This document shows, in pieces, positions 1-9,119 of a DNA stretch of 64,000 nt. The position numbers and the translations under genes are program-made. The DNA is from Thermoplasmata archaeon (GTDB lineage Archaea; Thermoplasmatota; Thermoplasmata; Lutacidiplasmatales; UBA184). Each line of letters opens with the position of its first letter. The first letter of the stretch is position 1. Under the pieces are notes generated by a model. It was not told the DNA's origin and searched no databases. It saw only the letters and a list, made by a program, of their open reading frames with translations. The stretch spans positions 551,348-615,347 of the forward strand of contig DATJYS010000005.1 of the NCBI GenBank assembly GCA_035499455.1. Direction: 5' to 3'.

Positions 1-22
1 GATTATTGAAGCCTGCCGGGCG

Positions 23-2233
23 TCAGCCGGCCCGCGATCCGCCGTCGAGGGAGACGGCGACCGACGCGCCGGGGGCAAGGGGAGAGACCCGGCCGCCCAC
101 GCGGACGGTGAGATCCCCCGGGCCGGACCAGCCGACCGTCACCACCGGGGCTGCCCACCGGAGCGAGACCCGTCCCGGTCCGAGCCTCACGCCGTCGAGG
201 GCGGCCGATCTCCAGCCCGCGGGGAAGCACGGTCGCACGTCCAGGCACCGTGCGCGCGCGTCCGGGCGCAGCCCCCACAGTCGTTCGAACAGGAGCGACA
301 CGAACGGCCCGACACTAAGACCGAGGAGGAAGCAGGAGTCGAACGCCTCGGCACGATCGCCCCGGTAGCACTCGTTCGCCTGGCCACTCTCGGCCGCGAA
401 TCGCGCGGCGATCCGACCGAGGAACTCGGCGCCGAGCTCGCCGTCCCCGGCGGCGAACGCCGCGTCCGCCGCCCACGCCGTGGCGACCGGCCAGACCTGC
501 CCGTCGTGGTAGGCGTCGGGTCGGTACGTCGGGTCCTTGGTCGAAAGGGTCCGAACGCCCCACGGAGTGCTGAGGTCCTCTTCCGCGACGCGTCGGGCGA
601 GCGCCCGGGCCCGTTCCGGGGAGACCAGGCCGGCGCTGACCGCCCGGAGCGCGTTGGGCCGGAGCTTCCGGACCGGTACGGCGGCCCGGAGGGAGTCGGC
701 GAGGTACCGCTCCTCGGGCCAGTCGTACGCGGTACGGATCGTCTCGGCGAGCCGGGCGACGACCCCGGGCAGCCGGGCGCGAACGGTCGGGTCGTCGTCG
801 ATCGCGTGGAGTTCGAGGGCGGAGCGCAGCGCCGACCACCAGAGCACCTGCACGTCGATGGCGTGGTCCCGACGGTCGGTGGAGTCCCAGATCGTCGTGT
901 CGGGGGAATCGATCCCGTAGCGGATCCGGGAGATCGCTCCGGTCGCCGCGCTGATCGCCTCGGCCTCGCCGCCGTTGCGGAGCAGTCCGGTCGCCAGGTC
1001 GGTCCGGGCGAGCCCCCACGCGACGACCGCCGCGAGCACCGGGCGCCACGGGAGCGTCGCGCCTGTGTCCCCGGTGTGCCGTACCCACTGCTCCACGATC
1101 CCGGGAAAGTAGAGAGTCGTGTCCGAGGTGCCGTAGAAGAAGATCGGTCCGGGCGAGATCTGCATGGGGAGCTCCCCCGGCTCGCCGCCGAGCAGGGGGA
1201 TCGAGGAGCGGGACTGGAACCGGAAGACCGTCGCGAGGGATTGCGCCGCCCAGTCGAAGTCCCCCAGCCAGAGGACCGCCGGCAGCATCCAGGCGAGATC
1301 GCGGCACCAGATCGCCGAATACCACGGATACCCCGCGACCAGTCCGGTCATCGAGTCTCCCGGCGCACTGTACAGCCGGCGCAGCGAGGCCCGGGCCGCC
1401 TCGTACGCCCGCTCCAGCTCCGGCGCGTCGGGGAACCGCATCGTCGGCGTTCCGGCGAGCCACCGCGCCTCGGCGGCTTCGGCCGACGCGAGCCGCGGTT
1501 CGGGGTCGGCGAGCAGCGCGGCGATGTCGTCCGCCGACCGGGCGAGGTCGCGCTCGAGGCCTCCGGCGATCGCGAGGCGCAGATCGACCGGGAGGCCGGC
1601 CGTCAAACGCAGCTCGTAGTCGGCCCCGACCCGCTCGAGCGGCCCGCTGCGGTGTCCGCCGAGCCACGAGCCCCGGTCCAGGTACAGGTGCGACGGGCCG
1701 ATCGAGGAGCGGACCGCGAGCCCGAATCCCCGCTGACGGACATCCAGGCCCGCGGACGACGTCTCGGCGCGGAACGACACTGGCCGGACCCCCTCGACCA
1801 GCGTCGGGAGGAGGTACGGGCGGAACGAGCTGTGGACGACCAGGGAGACGGGCGGCCCTTCCGAGAGCGCGAAGCGCAATCGCCGGATCGCGCCGGACGG
1901 ACGGTCCGTCGGTGCGATCTCCTGATGGACCGCCAGGCGACCGATCCGGTGCTCGGTCCGCCATCGGTCTCCGACCTGCCGGCCGGAGACGAAACCGTCC
2001 GAGAGGCGGGACTGATGCTCCCCGTCCCAGAGGAAGATCCTCCATCGGCCGGTCAGACGGATCAGCTGGGCGTAGACCCCTCCCCACTCCTCGACCGCTC
2101 CCCGGCACTCCCTCGGCAGGGAGAGGTCGCCCGCGGGGTCGGTCAGGACGGCCGCGGAGAGGGAGCGCAGCAGCAGCGGCGGTGGCACGGGAGCGGACCT
2201 CCCTGGGTCGGGCCCGTTCGGCAAGCTGTTCAC
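23..2233 (-). CDS. Amylo-alpha-1,6-glucosidase / glycogen debranching enzyme family glycoside hydrolase
   Basis: Motifs AGYPWYSAIWCRD and YHDGQVWP are typical of GDE_C (alpha/alpha)6 hydrolases. GTG start at 2233 overlaps the upstream stop (GTGA); the longer ORF-track N-terminus is spurious. Confidence 0.75.
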   Translation of the reverse strand: MNSLPNGPDPGRSAPVPPPLLLRSLSAAVLTDPAGDLSLPRECRGAVEEWGGVYAQLIRLTGRWRIFLWDGEHQSRLSDGFVSGRQVGDRWRTEHRIGRLAVHQEIAPTDRPSGAIRRLRFALSEGPPVSLVVHSSFRPYLLPTLVEGVRPVSFRAETSSAGLDVRQRGFGLAVRSSIGPSHLYLDRGSWLGGHRSGPLERVGADYELRLTAGLPVDLRLAIAGGLERDLARSADDIAALLADPEPRLASAEAAEARWLAGTPTMRFPDAPELERAYEAARASLRRLYSAPGDSMTGLVAGYPWYSAIWCRDLAWMLPAVLWLGDFDWAAQSLATVFRFQSRSSIPLLGGEPGELPMQISPGPIFFYGTSDTTLYFPGIVEQWVRHTGDTGATLPWRPVLAAVVAWGLARTDLATGLLRNGGEAEAISAATGAISRIRYGIDSPDTTIWDSTDRRDHAIDVQVLWWSALRSALELHAIDDDPTVRARLPGVVARLAETIRTAYDWPEERYLADSLRAAVPVRKLRPNALRAVSAGLVSPERARALARRVAEEDLSTPWGVRTLSTKDPTYRPDAYHDGQVWPVATAWAADAAFAAGDGELGAEFLGRIAARFAAESGQANECYRGDRAEAFDSCFLLGLSVGPFVSLLFERLWGLRPDARARCLDVRPCFPAGWRSAALDGVRLGPGRVSLRWAAPVVTVGWSGPGDLTVRVGGRVSPLAPGASVAVSLDGGSRAG

Positions 2234-2679
2234 CCGCGTCGCACGGTGTCCCGGAACTCGATCCACACGAGCGGCGGGATCGCGGGGCACTCGAGCTCGA
2301 GTCGGAGGTCGACCGACGCTCCTACCGGCGCCAGGCCCACGGCGGCCGCGACCTCGATCGGCTCCCCGGTGTGGAGCTCGATCGGGTCTCCGGGGGACAA
2401 CGACGCCGCGGTCCGCCACGAGGCCGAGCCACCGGGGCAGAGCTGGACGGCCGCCGGGTCGACCGGGACCCCGTTCCAGAGAAGCCGCACGGCCGAGAAC
2501 GCTCCCGAGCGGAGCGGCGGGTTTCCCAGGGTGAACCGGATCCCCTGGCCGTCGCCCCGTAGCGACCCGACCCGGTAGACCGACTCCTCGACCGTCTCGG
2601 CGATCCACAGGAGGGCTTCGACCGAGTGCGGGCCGTACTCGATGCCGAGCTGCAGGCCTTGGCGGGCAACGGAGAGCAT
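2230..2679 (-). CDS. Hypothetical beta-rich protein, translationally coupled to the glycoside hydrolase
   Basis: Protein-like composition (YRVGSLRGDGQGIRFTLGNPPLRSG); stop overlaps the next start. Confidence 0.6.
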   Translation of the reverse strand: MLSVARQGLQLGIEYGPHSVEALLWIAETVEESVYRVGSLRGDGQGIRFTLGNPPLRSGAFSAVRLLWNGVPVDPAAVQLCPGGSASWRTAASLSPGDPIELHTGEPIEVAAAVGLAPVGASVDLRLELECPAIPPLVWIEFRDTVRRG

Positions 2680-2731
2680 CCGGCCGATGGACGCACTCCG
2701 CACGGCGGGAGGAATCCGGGTACGGTCTTAA

Positions 2732-3823
2732 TCAATCCGTTCCGCGGCCCCCCACGGGCCACGGGCGTCCGTCGAGTTCGATCTCCGCTCCCGTCAGCGT
2801 CACGGTCCGGGAGAACGCCGACCCCCGGCCGCGCCGGGCGTCCGGCGCGTCGCCGACGACGAGGCTCACGGCGCCGGTCGCGAGGTCCCCGACCTCCGGT
2901 GCGCGGCGGATCGCCGGATTCAGGCCGAGGTAGATCGCACCGAGGAGGTCCCGACCGCGGCCCCCCGCTCCGTAGGCGCTCGCGAACGCCTCGCCGCCCC
3001 GGTCGAACGAGAACTCGCGCATCCGCCCCCCCACGAACCTAAACACGCCGCCGAGCTGCACCGGGCAGTCGGAGAATCGGTCGTACAGCGGCCGGTTCGA
3101 CTCCCACCGCCCTACGGCCGTGCCGGGGCGAGGAAGCAGGGCGATCCGGCCGGTCGGGACCTCGGTGGCGAAGGCCGGGGGCCGGCGGGCCGAGGTTCCG
3201 TCCTCGATCCGAAGGTGTCCGGGCACGACCTCCACCGCGAGGTCGGTCCCGTTCGCGTGGCGAACGCGAAGACGTCGCGCGCGGGCCAGCGGGCGGCTCC
3301 GGGAGCGGCCCAGGGCCGCGAGCCGTGTCGGCGCGACCGACCCCGCCCGGAGGAGCTCTTCCGCCCACGACCCGAGGTCGGCCCCGAACCGCTCCGCCGC
3401 CGCGGGCGTCGCGTCGGCGATTGCGAGTCGAGCGAACCGGGTACGGGCGCGGCGCGCCGACTCCCGCCATGCCGCGTCGTGCCGCGCGACCAGCGCGCGA
3501 ACCTCCTCGGGTCCCACCCCGCGGAGGCGGGCGAGCGCCTCGGGTCCGCCGAGGTAGACGTGGACGTCGCCGATGGCGGCGAGCGCCGCCGGGGAGACCG
3601 GCATCGCGGAGCGAGGGAGGTCGGCGACCGTTCGGAAGAACGCCTCCTCGTCCTCGACGACCAGCAGCGCCTCGGCCCCGATCCGGCGGACCTCGGCGAC
3701 CAACGTCCGGGCCCAGGGGAGTGCGTGGCTCCACGACTCGATCGTGGCGGTCTCCCCCGCCCGCAGCCCCAGGTAGGAGGCGAGCACCGTGCGGGCGAAC
3801 GTCGCTTCCGCCCGCGCGCGCAC
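2732..3823 (-). CDS. M29 (aminopeptidase T/AmpS)-like protein, apparently lacking metal ligands
   Basis: M29-like layout (LGLRAGETATI, LRVRHANGTDL, EVPTG, GLNP), but the canonical Glu/His/Asp ligands are substituted. Confidence 0.6.
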   Translation of the reverse strand: MRARAEATFARTVLASYLGLRAGETATIESWSHALPWARTLVAEVRRIGAEALLVVEDEEAFFRTVADLPRSAMPVSPAALAAIGDVHVYLGGPEALARLRGVGPEEVRALVARHDAAWRESARRARTRFARLAIADATPAAAERFGADLGSWAEELLRAGSVAPTRLAALGRSRSRPLARARRLRVRHANGTDLAVEVVPGHLRIEDGTSARRPPAFATEVPTGRIALLPRPGTAVGRWESNRPLYDRFSDCPVQLGGVFRFVGGRMREFSFDRGGEAFASAYGAGGRGRDLLGAIYLGLNPAIRRAPEVGDLATGAVSLVVGDAPDARRGRGSAFSRTVTLTGAEIELDGRPWPVGGRGTD

Positions 3824-3830
3824 CGGCCCC

Positions 3831-4289
3831 CTACTCCCTATGCCGGTGTGGGTGGCGGTGGCCCGTTCGGCCGCCGGCGACCGAGGGCGTCGTGACGAAC
3901 CACCCTCCGCCCAGGATCCCCTTCACGCCGCGCAGGTCCTCGGCGGCCGCCGCGACCTCCCGTCGCTTGCCGAGCAGGACGACGACCTCCGCGCAGGCGT
4001 CGCCCTCGAGGTGGATGTGGGTCGTGGAGCGGACGTGCTCTCCCCATCGATGTTCCGCGGCGGTCAGGCGGCTCAGGACGTTCGGAGCCTCGTGACGGTA
4101 CAGGAGCGCGACGACCCCGAGCGCATCGGCCTCGGGATCGGCGAGGGTGCGGCCGGAGAGCTCGGAGCGGATGAGCGCCCGGATCGCGTCCGATCGGCTC
4201 GGGCTGTTGCGCTCCTCGACCCACCGGTCGAGGAGGGCGAGCAGGGCCGGCTCGAGGGAGACCCCGAGGCGAACGACCTTGACCGTCAC
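3831..4289 (-). CDS. nikR: Nickel-responsive transcriptional regulator NikR
   Basis: N-terminal RHH (RLGVSLEPALL...SRSDAIRALIR) plus metal domain with EH...HIH...C ligands; His-rich tail; adjacent to NiCoT. Confidence 0.92.
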   Translation of the reverse strand: MTVKVVRLGVSLEPALLALLDRWVEERNSPSRSDAIRALIRSELSGRTLADPEADALGVVALLYRHEAPNVLSRLTAAEHRWGEHVRSTTHIHLEGDACAEVVVLLGKRREVAAAAEDLRGVKGILGGGWFVTTPSVAGGRTGHRHPHRHRE

Positions 4290-4301
4290 GGGTGCGGGAG
4301 C

Positions 4302-5438
4302 CTATCCCCCGGAGTCCGACGCCGGCGTCGGGGGCGGTGACGGTCCGAAGCCGATCTCCTCGTAGCGCTTGTACCGATAGATCACCATCGCGACGAGCCA
4401 GCAGCCGATGAAGAGGCCGACGATCCCGAACCCGAGGGTCTCGAAGTCGAGCCCGTCGATCCACGCCCAGACCGGGCCCCTCCAGCCCAGCTCCCCCGAA
4501 AGGACCTGGAGGAGCTCCACTCCGCCGATCGCGAAGGCGACGAGGACCGAGATGATCGTGAGGGTCAGGTTGTAGTAGATCTTCCGGATCGGGCGGAGGA
4601 AGGCCCACCCGTACGCATACCGCATCGAGAATCCGTCGCTGGTGTCCGAGAGCACCATCCCGCAGGTGAACAGCAGCGGAAGGATCAGGACCGCCCACAG
4701 CGGGAACGCGCCGGTGACCGCGAGGCCGGTGGCGAGCGCGATCAGGACCACCTCGGTCGCAGTGTCGAAGCCGAGCCCGAAGAGGACGCCGATCGGGTAG
4801 ATCTGCCACGGCTCGTTGATAACCCGGAAGAGGCGCCCGAAGTACCGGTAGAGAAAGCCGCGCTTCTCCATCTGCTCGTCGAGCCCCTTCTGGTCGAGCT
4901 CCCCGTTCCGCAGTTGGCGGAAGATCCGGTACACCTCGAGCACGATGATCGCGTTGACGAGACCGATCACGAACAGGAATACGCCCGAGATCAGCGTCCC
5001 GAGCACGGCGCCGACGTTCGCGAAGTTGGCGTACTGGGCCCGGATGAAGTCGAACGCCACGACGAGGGCGACGATCATCGCGCAGACGATCGTCGAGTGG
5101 CCGAGGGAGAACCACGTGCCGACCGTCAGCGGCCGCTTCCCGTCGTTCAGCAGCTTGCGGGTGGTGTTGTCGATCGCCGCGATGTGGTCGGCGTCGAACC
5201 CGTGCCGCAGCCCAAGCACGTAGGCCGTAATCGCCAGTCCCGTGAAGATGAGCCCGCCGGGGACGACCTCGCCGGGGATCTGATGCGGCAGGTAGCGGAA
5301 CGCGGCCGCGAACGAGAGGGCGGTTACGCCGAGGATCGCGGCGTAGAGGGCCCCCATCGATAGCTTCTCGCGGGGGGTCAGCCGCAGATCGGCCGATCCG
5401 GGGCCGGCCGGGCCCCCCGCGGAGCCCGCCGAGGTCAT
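4302..5438 (-). CDS. HoxN/HupN/NixA family (NiCoT) nickel/cobalt permease
   Basis: Signature GLRHGFDADHI, FSLGHSTIV and GLGFDTATE; multiple TM segments. Confidence 0.95.
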   Translation of the reverse strand: MTSAGSAGGPAGPGSADLRLTPREKLSMGALYAAILGVTALSFAAAFRYLPHQIPGEVVPGGLIFTGLAITAYVLGLRHGFDADHIAAIDNTTRKLLNDGKRPLTVGTWFSLGHSTIVCAMIVALVVAFDFIRAQYANFANVGAVLGTLISGVFLFVIGLVNAIIVLEVYRIFRQLRNGELDQKGLDEQMEKRGFLYRYFGRLFRVINEPWQIYPIGVLFGLGFDTATEVVLIALATGLAVTGAFPLWAVLILPLLFTCGMVLSDTSDGFSMRYAYGWAFLRPIRKIYYNLTLTIISVLVAFAIGGVELLQVLSGELGWRGPVWAWIDGLDFETLGFGIVGLFIGCWLVAMVIYRYKRYEEIGFGPSPPPTPASDSGG

Positions 5439-5460
5439 AGGCCCGGGCCACGCCGGGGGC

Positions 5461-5498
5461 CCATATAGCGTTGTGTCGTTTTTTCAAAACGTAACAAC
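5461..5498 (-). promoter_or_regulatory. Promoter of NiCoT-nikR with putative NikR operator
   Basis: 29-bp imperfect palindrome 5470-5498 (minus strand GTTGTTAC-N13-GACACAAC) abutting a TATA-like CTATAT about 25 nt before ATG 5438. Confidence 0.7.
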
Positions 5499-5530
5499 CC
5501 TCGGACTCCGCCGAGGGCCGGTCGGACCGC

Positions 5531-6181
5531 TCACGAGAGGGCTTTCGAGAGCACCGCGGTCGCAGCGGCCATGTCGCTCCGGTCCAGGAGGAAGATCGTG
5601 TCGGTGTAGCAGCTGAGCGCCTCGACAATGTTGATCTGCTGGCTCCAGAGGACGCCGGTGAGGAGCCGGAGCAGCCCGGGCGTCTCCTCGATGCTCTCGG
5701 GGCCAGTTACGGCGACCTCGATCAGGTTCTTCCGGACCCCGACGAGCTGACCTTCCCGAAGGCGGCGGACGACCCGGGGCACGGAGTCCTCGTCGACCAG
5801 GATGACGGTCCCCCGGGAGACCTGGATCACGCGGCAGAGCAGGTTCTCGTCGAGCAGCTCTTCGACGACGTCCCCGAGCCGTTGGAGGACGTCCGCTCCC
5901 TGGCTGACGGTGATCGCCGCGACCTTCGTTCGGGTCTCGATGCGGCTCTTGCGCAGCACGCGCCGGATGCTCGCCTCCCCGAACGACTGCCCCCGGCCCC
6001 GCGGGTAGCGTCGGCACGCGGCGATCACCGCCTCGGGCTGGCGCACCTCGAGGTCCTCCGAGATGCGGCGCGCGACCGCCGAGTGGTTGGCGATCCCGGC
6101 GCGGATCGCGTCGGCGAGGACCGGATGCCCGTCGAGATACTCCCGCACCCGCCGCGCGATCGGTTCCGGCTCCTCCGGCAT
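5531..6181 (-). CDS. HTH + tandem ACT-domain protein, putative amino-acid-responsive regulator
   Basis: N-terminal helical GIANHSAVAR segment; C-terminal ACT motif ETPGLL...INIVEALSCYTD; divergent from argG. Confidence 0.75.
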   Translation of the reverse strand: MPEEPEPIARRVREYLDGHPVLADAIRAGIANHSAVARRISEDLEVRQPEAVIAACRRYPRGRGQSFGEASIRRVLRKSRIETRTKVAAITVSQGADVLQRLGDVVEELLDENLLCRVIQVSRGTVILVDEDSVPRVVRRLREGQLVGVRKNLIEVAVTGPESIEETPGLLRLLTGVLWSQQINIVEALSCYTDTIFLLDRSDMAAATAVLSKALS

Positions 6182-6190
6182 CGATGTCCT

Positions 6191-6242
6191 GTTTTGGACA
6201 AAACTGCCCAATCATGTCGAAGGACGGTCACATCCTATAAAT
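6191..6242. promoter_or_regulatory. Divergent promoter region with palindrome GTTTTG-GA-CAAAAC and argG TATA box
   Basis: Palindrome 6191-6204; TATAAAT at 6236-6242. Confidence 0.55.
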
Positions 6243-6283
6243 CAATACGGGGCCGTGCCCTGTTCGTCCCCGAACCCCCGATC

Positions 6284-7516
6284 TTGCGCGAGAAGGTAGT
6301 GCTGGCGTACTCGGGGGGTCTCGATACCTCCGTCGCGATCCCGTGGCTGCGGGAGAAGAAGAACCTCGATGTCGTCGCGGTGACGGTCGACGTCGGCCAG
6401 CCGGTCGACCTTGAGAAGGTCCGCCGCAAGGCCGAGGCGTCCGGAGCCGCCGGGGCGTACGTCGCCGACGCCCGCCGAGAGTTCGCGGAGGAGTTCCTCC
6501 TGCCGGCGCTCAAGGCGAACGCCCTGTACGAGGGGGTCTACCCGCTCAGCACTTCGCTCGCCCGCCCGCTGATCGCGCGCCACATGGTCGCGGTCGCCCG
6601 CCGGGAGGGAGCCACCGCGGTCGCGCACGGCTGCACGGGCAAGGGGAACGACCAGGTGCGCTTCGACCTCTCCACGACGAGCCTCGCGCCCGAGCTGCGG
6701 GTGATCGCCCCGGCCCGGGAGTGGAGGATGACGCGGGAGGAGGAGGTCGCCTACGCCCGCGCGCACGGCATCGCCGTCGAAGCGACCAAGGCGTCGCCCT
6801 ACAGCACCGACGAGAACCTCTGGGGCCGCTCCGTCGAATGCGGGATCCTCGAGGACCCCGCCGTCGAGCCGCCCGAGGAGGTCTACGGCTGGACGACCTC
6901 CCCGCTCCGCGCTCCCGAAACCCCGACGTACGTCACCGTGAGCTTCGACCGCGGGGTGCCCGTCTCGCTGAACGGCACGGCCCTCCCGTTCCACGAGCTC
7001 ATCGTCCGTCTGAACGGCATCGCCGGGGCGAACGGCGTCGGTCGGATCGACCACCTCGAGTCGCGCGTTGTCGGCATCAAGTCGCGGGAGGTCTACGAGT
7101 GCCCGGCCGCGCTCGTCCTGATCCGGGCCCACCAGGCGATCGAGGCGATGGTCCTGCCCCGCGACCTCCTCGAGGTGAAGCACGGCATCGAGCTGCGCTA
7201 CGCCCAGCTCGTCTACGACGGGCTCTGGTTCGGGCCGCTCCGCGCGGCGTTCGACGCGTTCGTCGAGTCGACCCAGGAGCGGGTGACCGGCGAGGTCTCG
7301 ATGAAGCTGTACAAGGGGTCGGCCCAGGTCTCGGGACGCCGGTCCCCGTACTCGCTCTACCAGCATACGCTCGCCACGTACTCGGCGGGCGACCAGTTCA
7401 AGCAGGAGATGGCGGAGGGATTCATCTACGTCTGGGGGCTCCCGGTCCGCACCTGGGCCGCGACGAAACCCCCAGCCGATCCCGCCGTCGTGCGGGCGGC
7501 CCGCCCTCCCCGGTGA
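6284..7516 (+). CDS. argG: Argininosuccinate synthase
   Basis: LAYSGGLDTS, HGCTGKGNDQVRF, GIKSREVYE; TTG start at 6284 is inferred. Confidence 0.97.
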   Translation: MREKVVLAYSGGLDTSVAIPWLREKKNLDVVAVTVDVGQPVDLEKVRRKAEASGAAGAYVADARREFAEEFLLPALKANALYEGVYPLSTSLARPLIARHMVAVARREGATAVAHGCTGKGNDQVRFDLSTTSLAPELRVIAPAREWRMTREEEVAYARAHGIAVEATKASPYSTDENLWGRSVECGILEDPAVEPPEEVYGWTTSPLRAPETPTYVTVSFDRGVPVSLNGTALPFHELIVRLNGIAGANGVGRIDHLESRVVGIKSREVYECPAALVLIRAHQAIEAMVLPRDLLEVKHGIELRYAQLVYDGLWFGPLRAAFDAFVESTQERVTGEVSMKLYKGSAQVSGRRSPYSLYQHTLATYSAGDQFKQEMAEGFIYVWGLPVRTWAATKPPADPAVVRAARPPR

Positions 7517-7518
7517 CC

Positions 7519-8961
7519 ATGACCCCTCCCCCTTCAACGTCGAGCGGACACGCCACGCCGTCGTACGTCCGCACCTCCCAGGGGCCGTTCCTGAGCTCCC
7601 TCGCCGTCGACCGCGCCCTGCTGCCGTACGACCTCGCGGGCAGCGTCGCGCACGCCGAGATGCTCGGGCGGACCGGGATGCTCACGGCGGAGGAGGCCCG
7701 GGTCCTCGTCGGCGGCCTGCGGTCGATCGGCCGCGAGGTCGACGCGGGCTCGTTCCCGTGGAGGTCCGAGCTCGAGGACGTCCACACGAACGTGGAGATG
7801 CGCCTTACCGAGCTCGTCGGCACCGTCGGCGGGAAGCTGCACACGGCCCGCAGCCGCAACGACCAGGTCGCGCTCGACGAGCGGTTGTATCTCCGAAGCG
7901 CGGTCCGCACCCTCGGTGACCTCCTCGTCCAGCTGCTCGAGGTCCTGCTCGCCCGCGCGCTCGACGAGGCGGCGACCCCGGCCCCGGGGTACACGCACCT
8001 GCAGCGGGCCCAGCCGGTCACGGTCGGGCACACCTTACTCGCTCACTTCTGGAAGTTCGACCGGGACCTCGACCGTCTCCTCGCCACCGCGGTCCGGGCG
8101 AACGTCTCGCCGCTCGGCGCGGGGGCGCTCGCCGGCTCGACGCTCCCGATCGACCCAGAGTACGTCGCGCGCCGTCTCGGCTTCGACCGCGCCTTCGAGA
8201 ACTCGCTCGACGCCGTCAGCGACCGCGACCCGTTCGCGGAGTTGCTGTTCGACCTCGCCCTCCTCGCCGTGCACGCGAGCGGGATGGGGGAGGAGATCGT
8301 CCTCCACGCGACGAAGGAGTTCGGGTTCCTCGCACGGACGCCGGCGCTCGGCTCCGGCAGCAGCCAGATGCCCCAGAAGCGGAATCCGGACGTGGCGGAG
8401 CTGATCCGCGGCCGGACCGGCCGGGCGGTTGGAGACCTCGTCGCGCTCCTCACGGCCCTCAAGGGCCTTCCGCTCTCCTACGACCGCGACCTCCAGGAGG
8501 ACAAGGCGATCGTCTTCGACGCTGTCGTGACGGTCGGAGGGTCGCTCTCGGCGCTCACGACGGTCGTCCGCGAGATGGCGTTCGACCGCGCGCGCCTGCG
8601 CGCCGCCGCCGCCGACCCCGAGCTCCTCGCAACCGACGTCGCCGAGTGGCTGGTCGCCCGCGGCGTCCCGTTCCGCGAGGCCCACGAAGAGGTCGCGCGC
8701 CAGGCCTCGGCCGGCTCCGGCACGTTCGATCCGGCCGCCCTGCGCGCCCGCTTCCCGTCGATCGGCGGCGACGTCGCGACCGCCCTCGACCCGACGACCG
8801 CGGTCGACCGGCGCTCCTCCCCCGGCGGACCCGGGGCGGCCGCGTTCGGTCGTCAGGTCGCTCTCGCCCGCGAGCGGATCCGCTCCCGGGCCGAATCCCT
8901 CTCCTCGCTCGGCCGCCTGGTCGAGCAGATCGAGGAGCTCGTCAAGGAGGAACATCGATGA
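7519..8961 (+). CDS. argH: Argininosuccinate lyase
   Basis: HTARSRNDQV, GYTHLQRAQP, GSSQMPQKRNPD. Confidence 0.96.
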   Translation: MTPPPSTSSGHATPSYVRTSQGPFLSSLAVDRALLPYDLAGSVAHAEMLGRTGMLTAEEARVLVGGLRSIGREVDAGSFPWRSELEDVHTNVEMRLTELVGTVGGKLHTARSRNDQVALDERLYLRSAVRTLGDLLVQLLEVLLARALDEAATPAPGYTHLQRAQPVTVGHTLLAHFWKFDRDLDRLLATAVRANVSPLGAGALAGSTLPIDPEYVARRLGFDRAFENSLDAVSDRDPFAELLFDLALLAVHASGMGEEIVLHATKEFGFLARTPALGSGSSQMPQKRNPDVAELIRGRTGRAVGDLVALLTALKGLPLSYDRDLQEDKAIVFDAVVTVGGSLSALTTVVREMAFDRARLRAAAADPELLATDVAEWLVARGVPFREAHEEVARQASAGSGTFDPAALRARFPSIGGDVATALDPTTAVDRRSSPGGPGAAAFGRQVALARERIRSRAESLSSLGRLVEQIEELVKEEHR

Positions 8962-9119
8962 CCGAATGCCCCGAATGCGCTGCGAGCGTCGAGAGCCACG
9001 ACAAGATCCTGGGGGAGGTCTTCCCCTGCCCGGACTGCGGGACGGAGCTCGAAGTACAAGCGACCGACCCGTTCGCGGTCCAGCCGGCCCCGAAGGAAGC
9101 CGAGGACTGGGGTGAGTAA
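8958..9119 (+). CDS. lysW: Amino-group carrier protein LysW/ArgW
   Basis: CPEC...CPDC zinc ribbon and C-terminal EDWGE; SD GGAGG; ATGA overlap with argH. Confidence 0.97.
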   Translation: MTECPECAASVESHDKILGEVFPCPDCGTELEVQATDPFAVQPAPKEAEDWGE

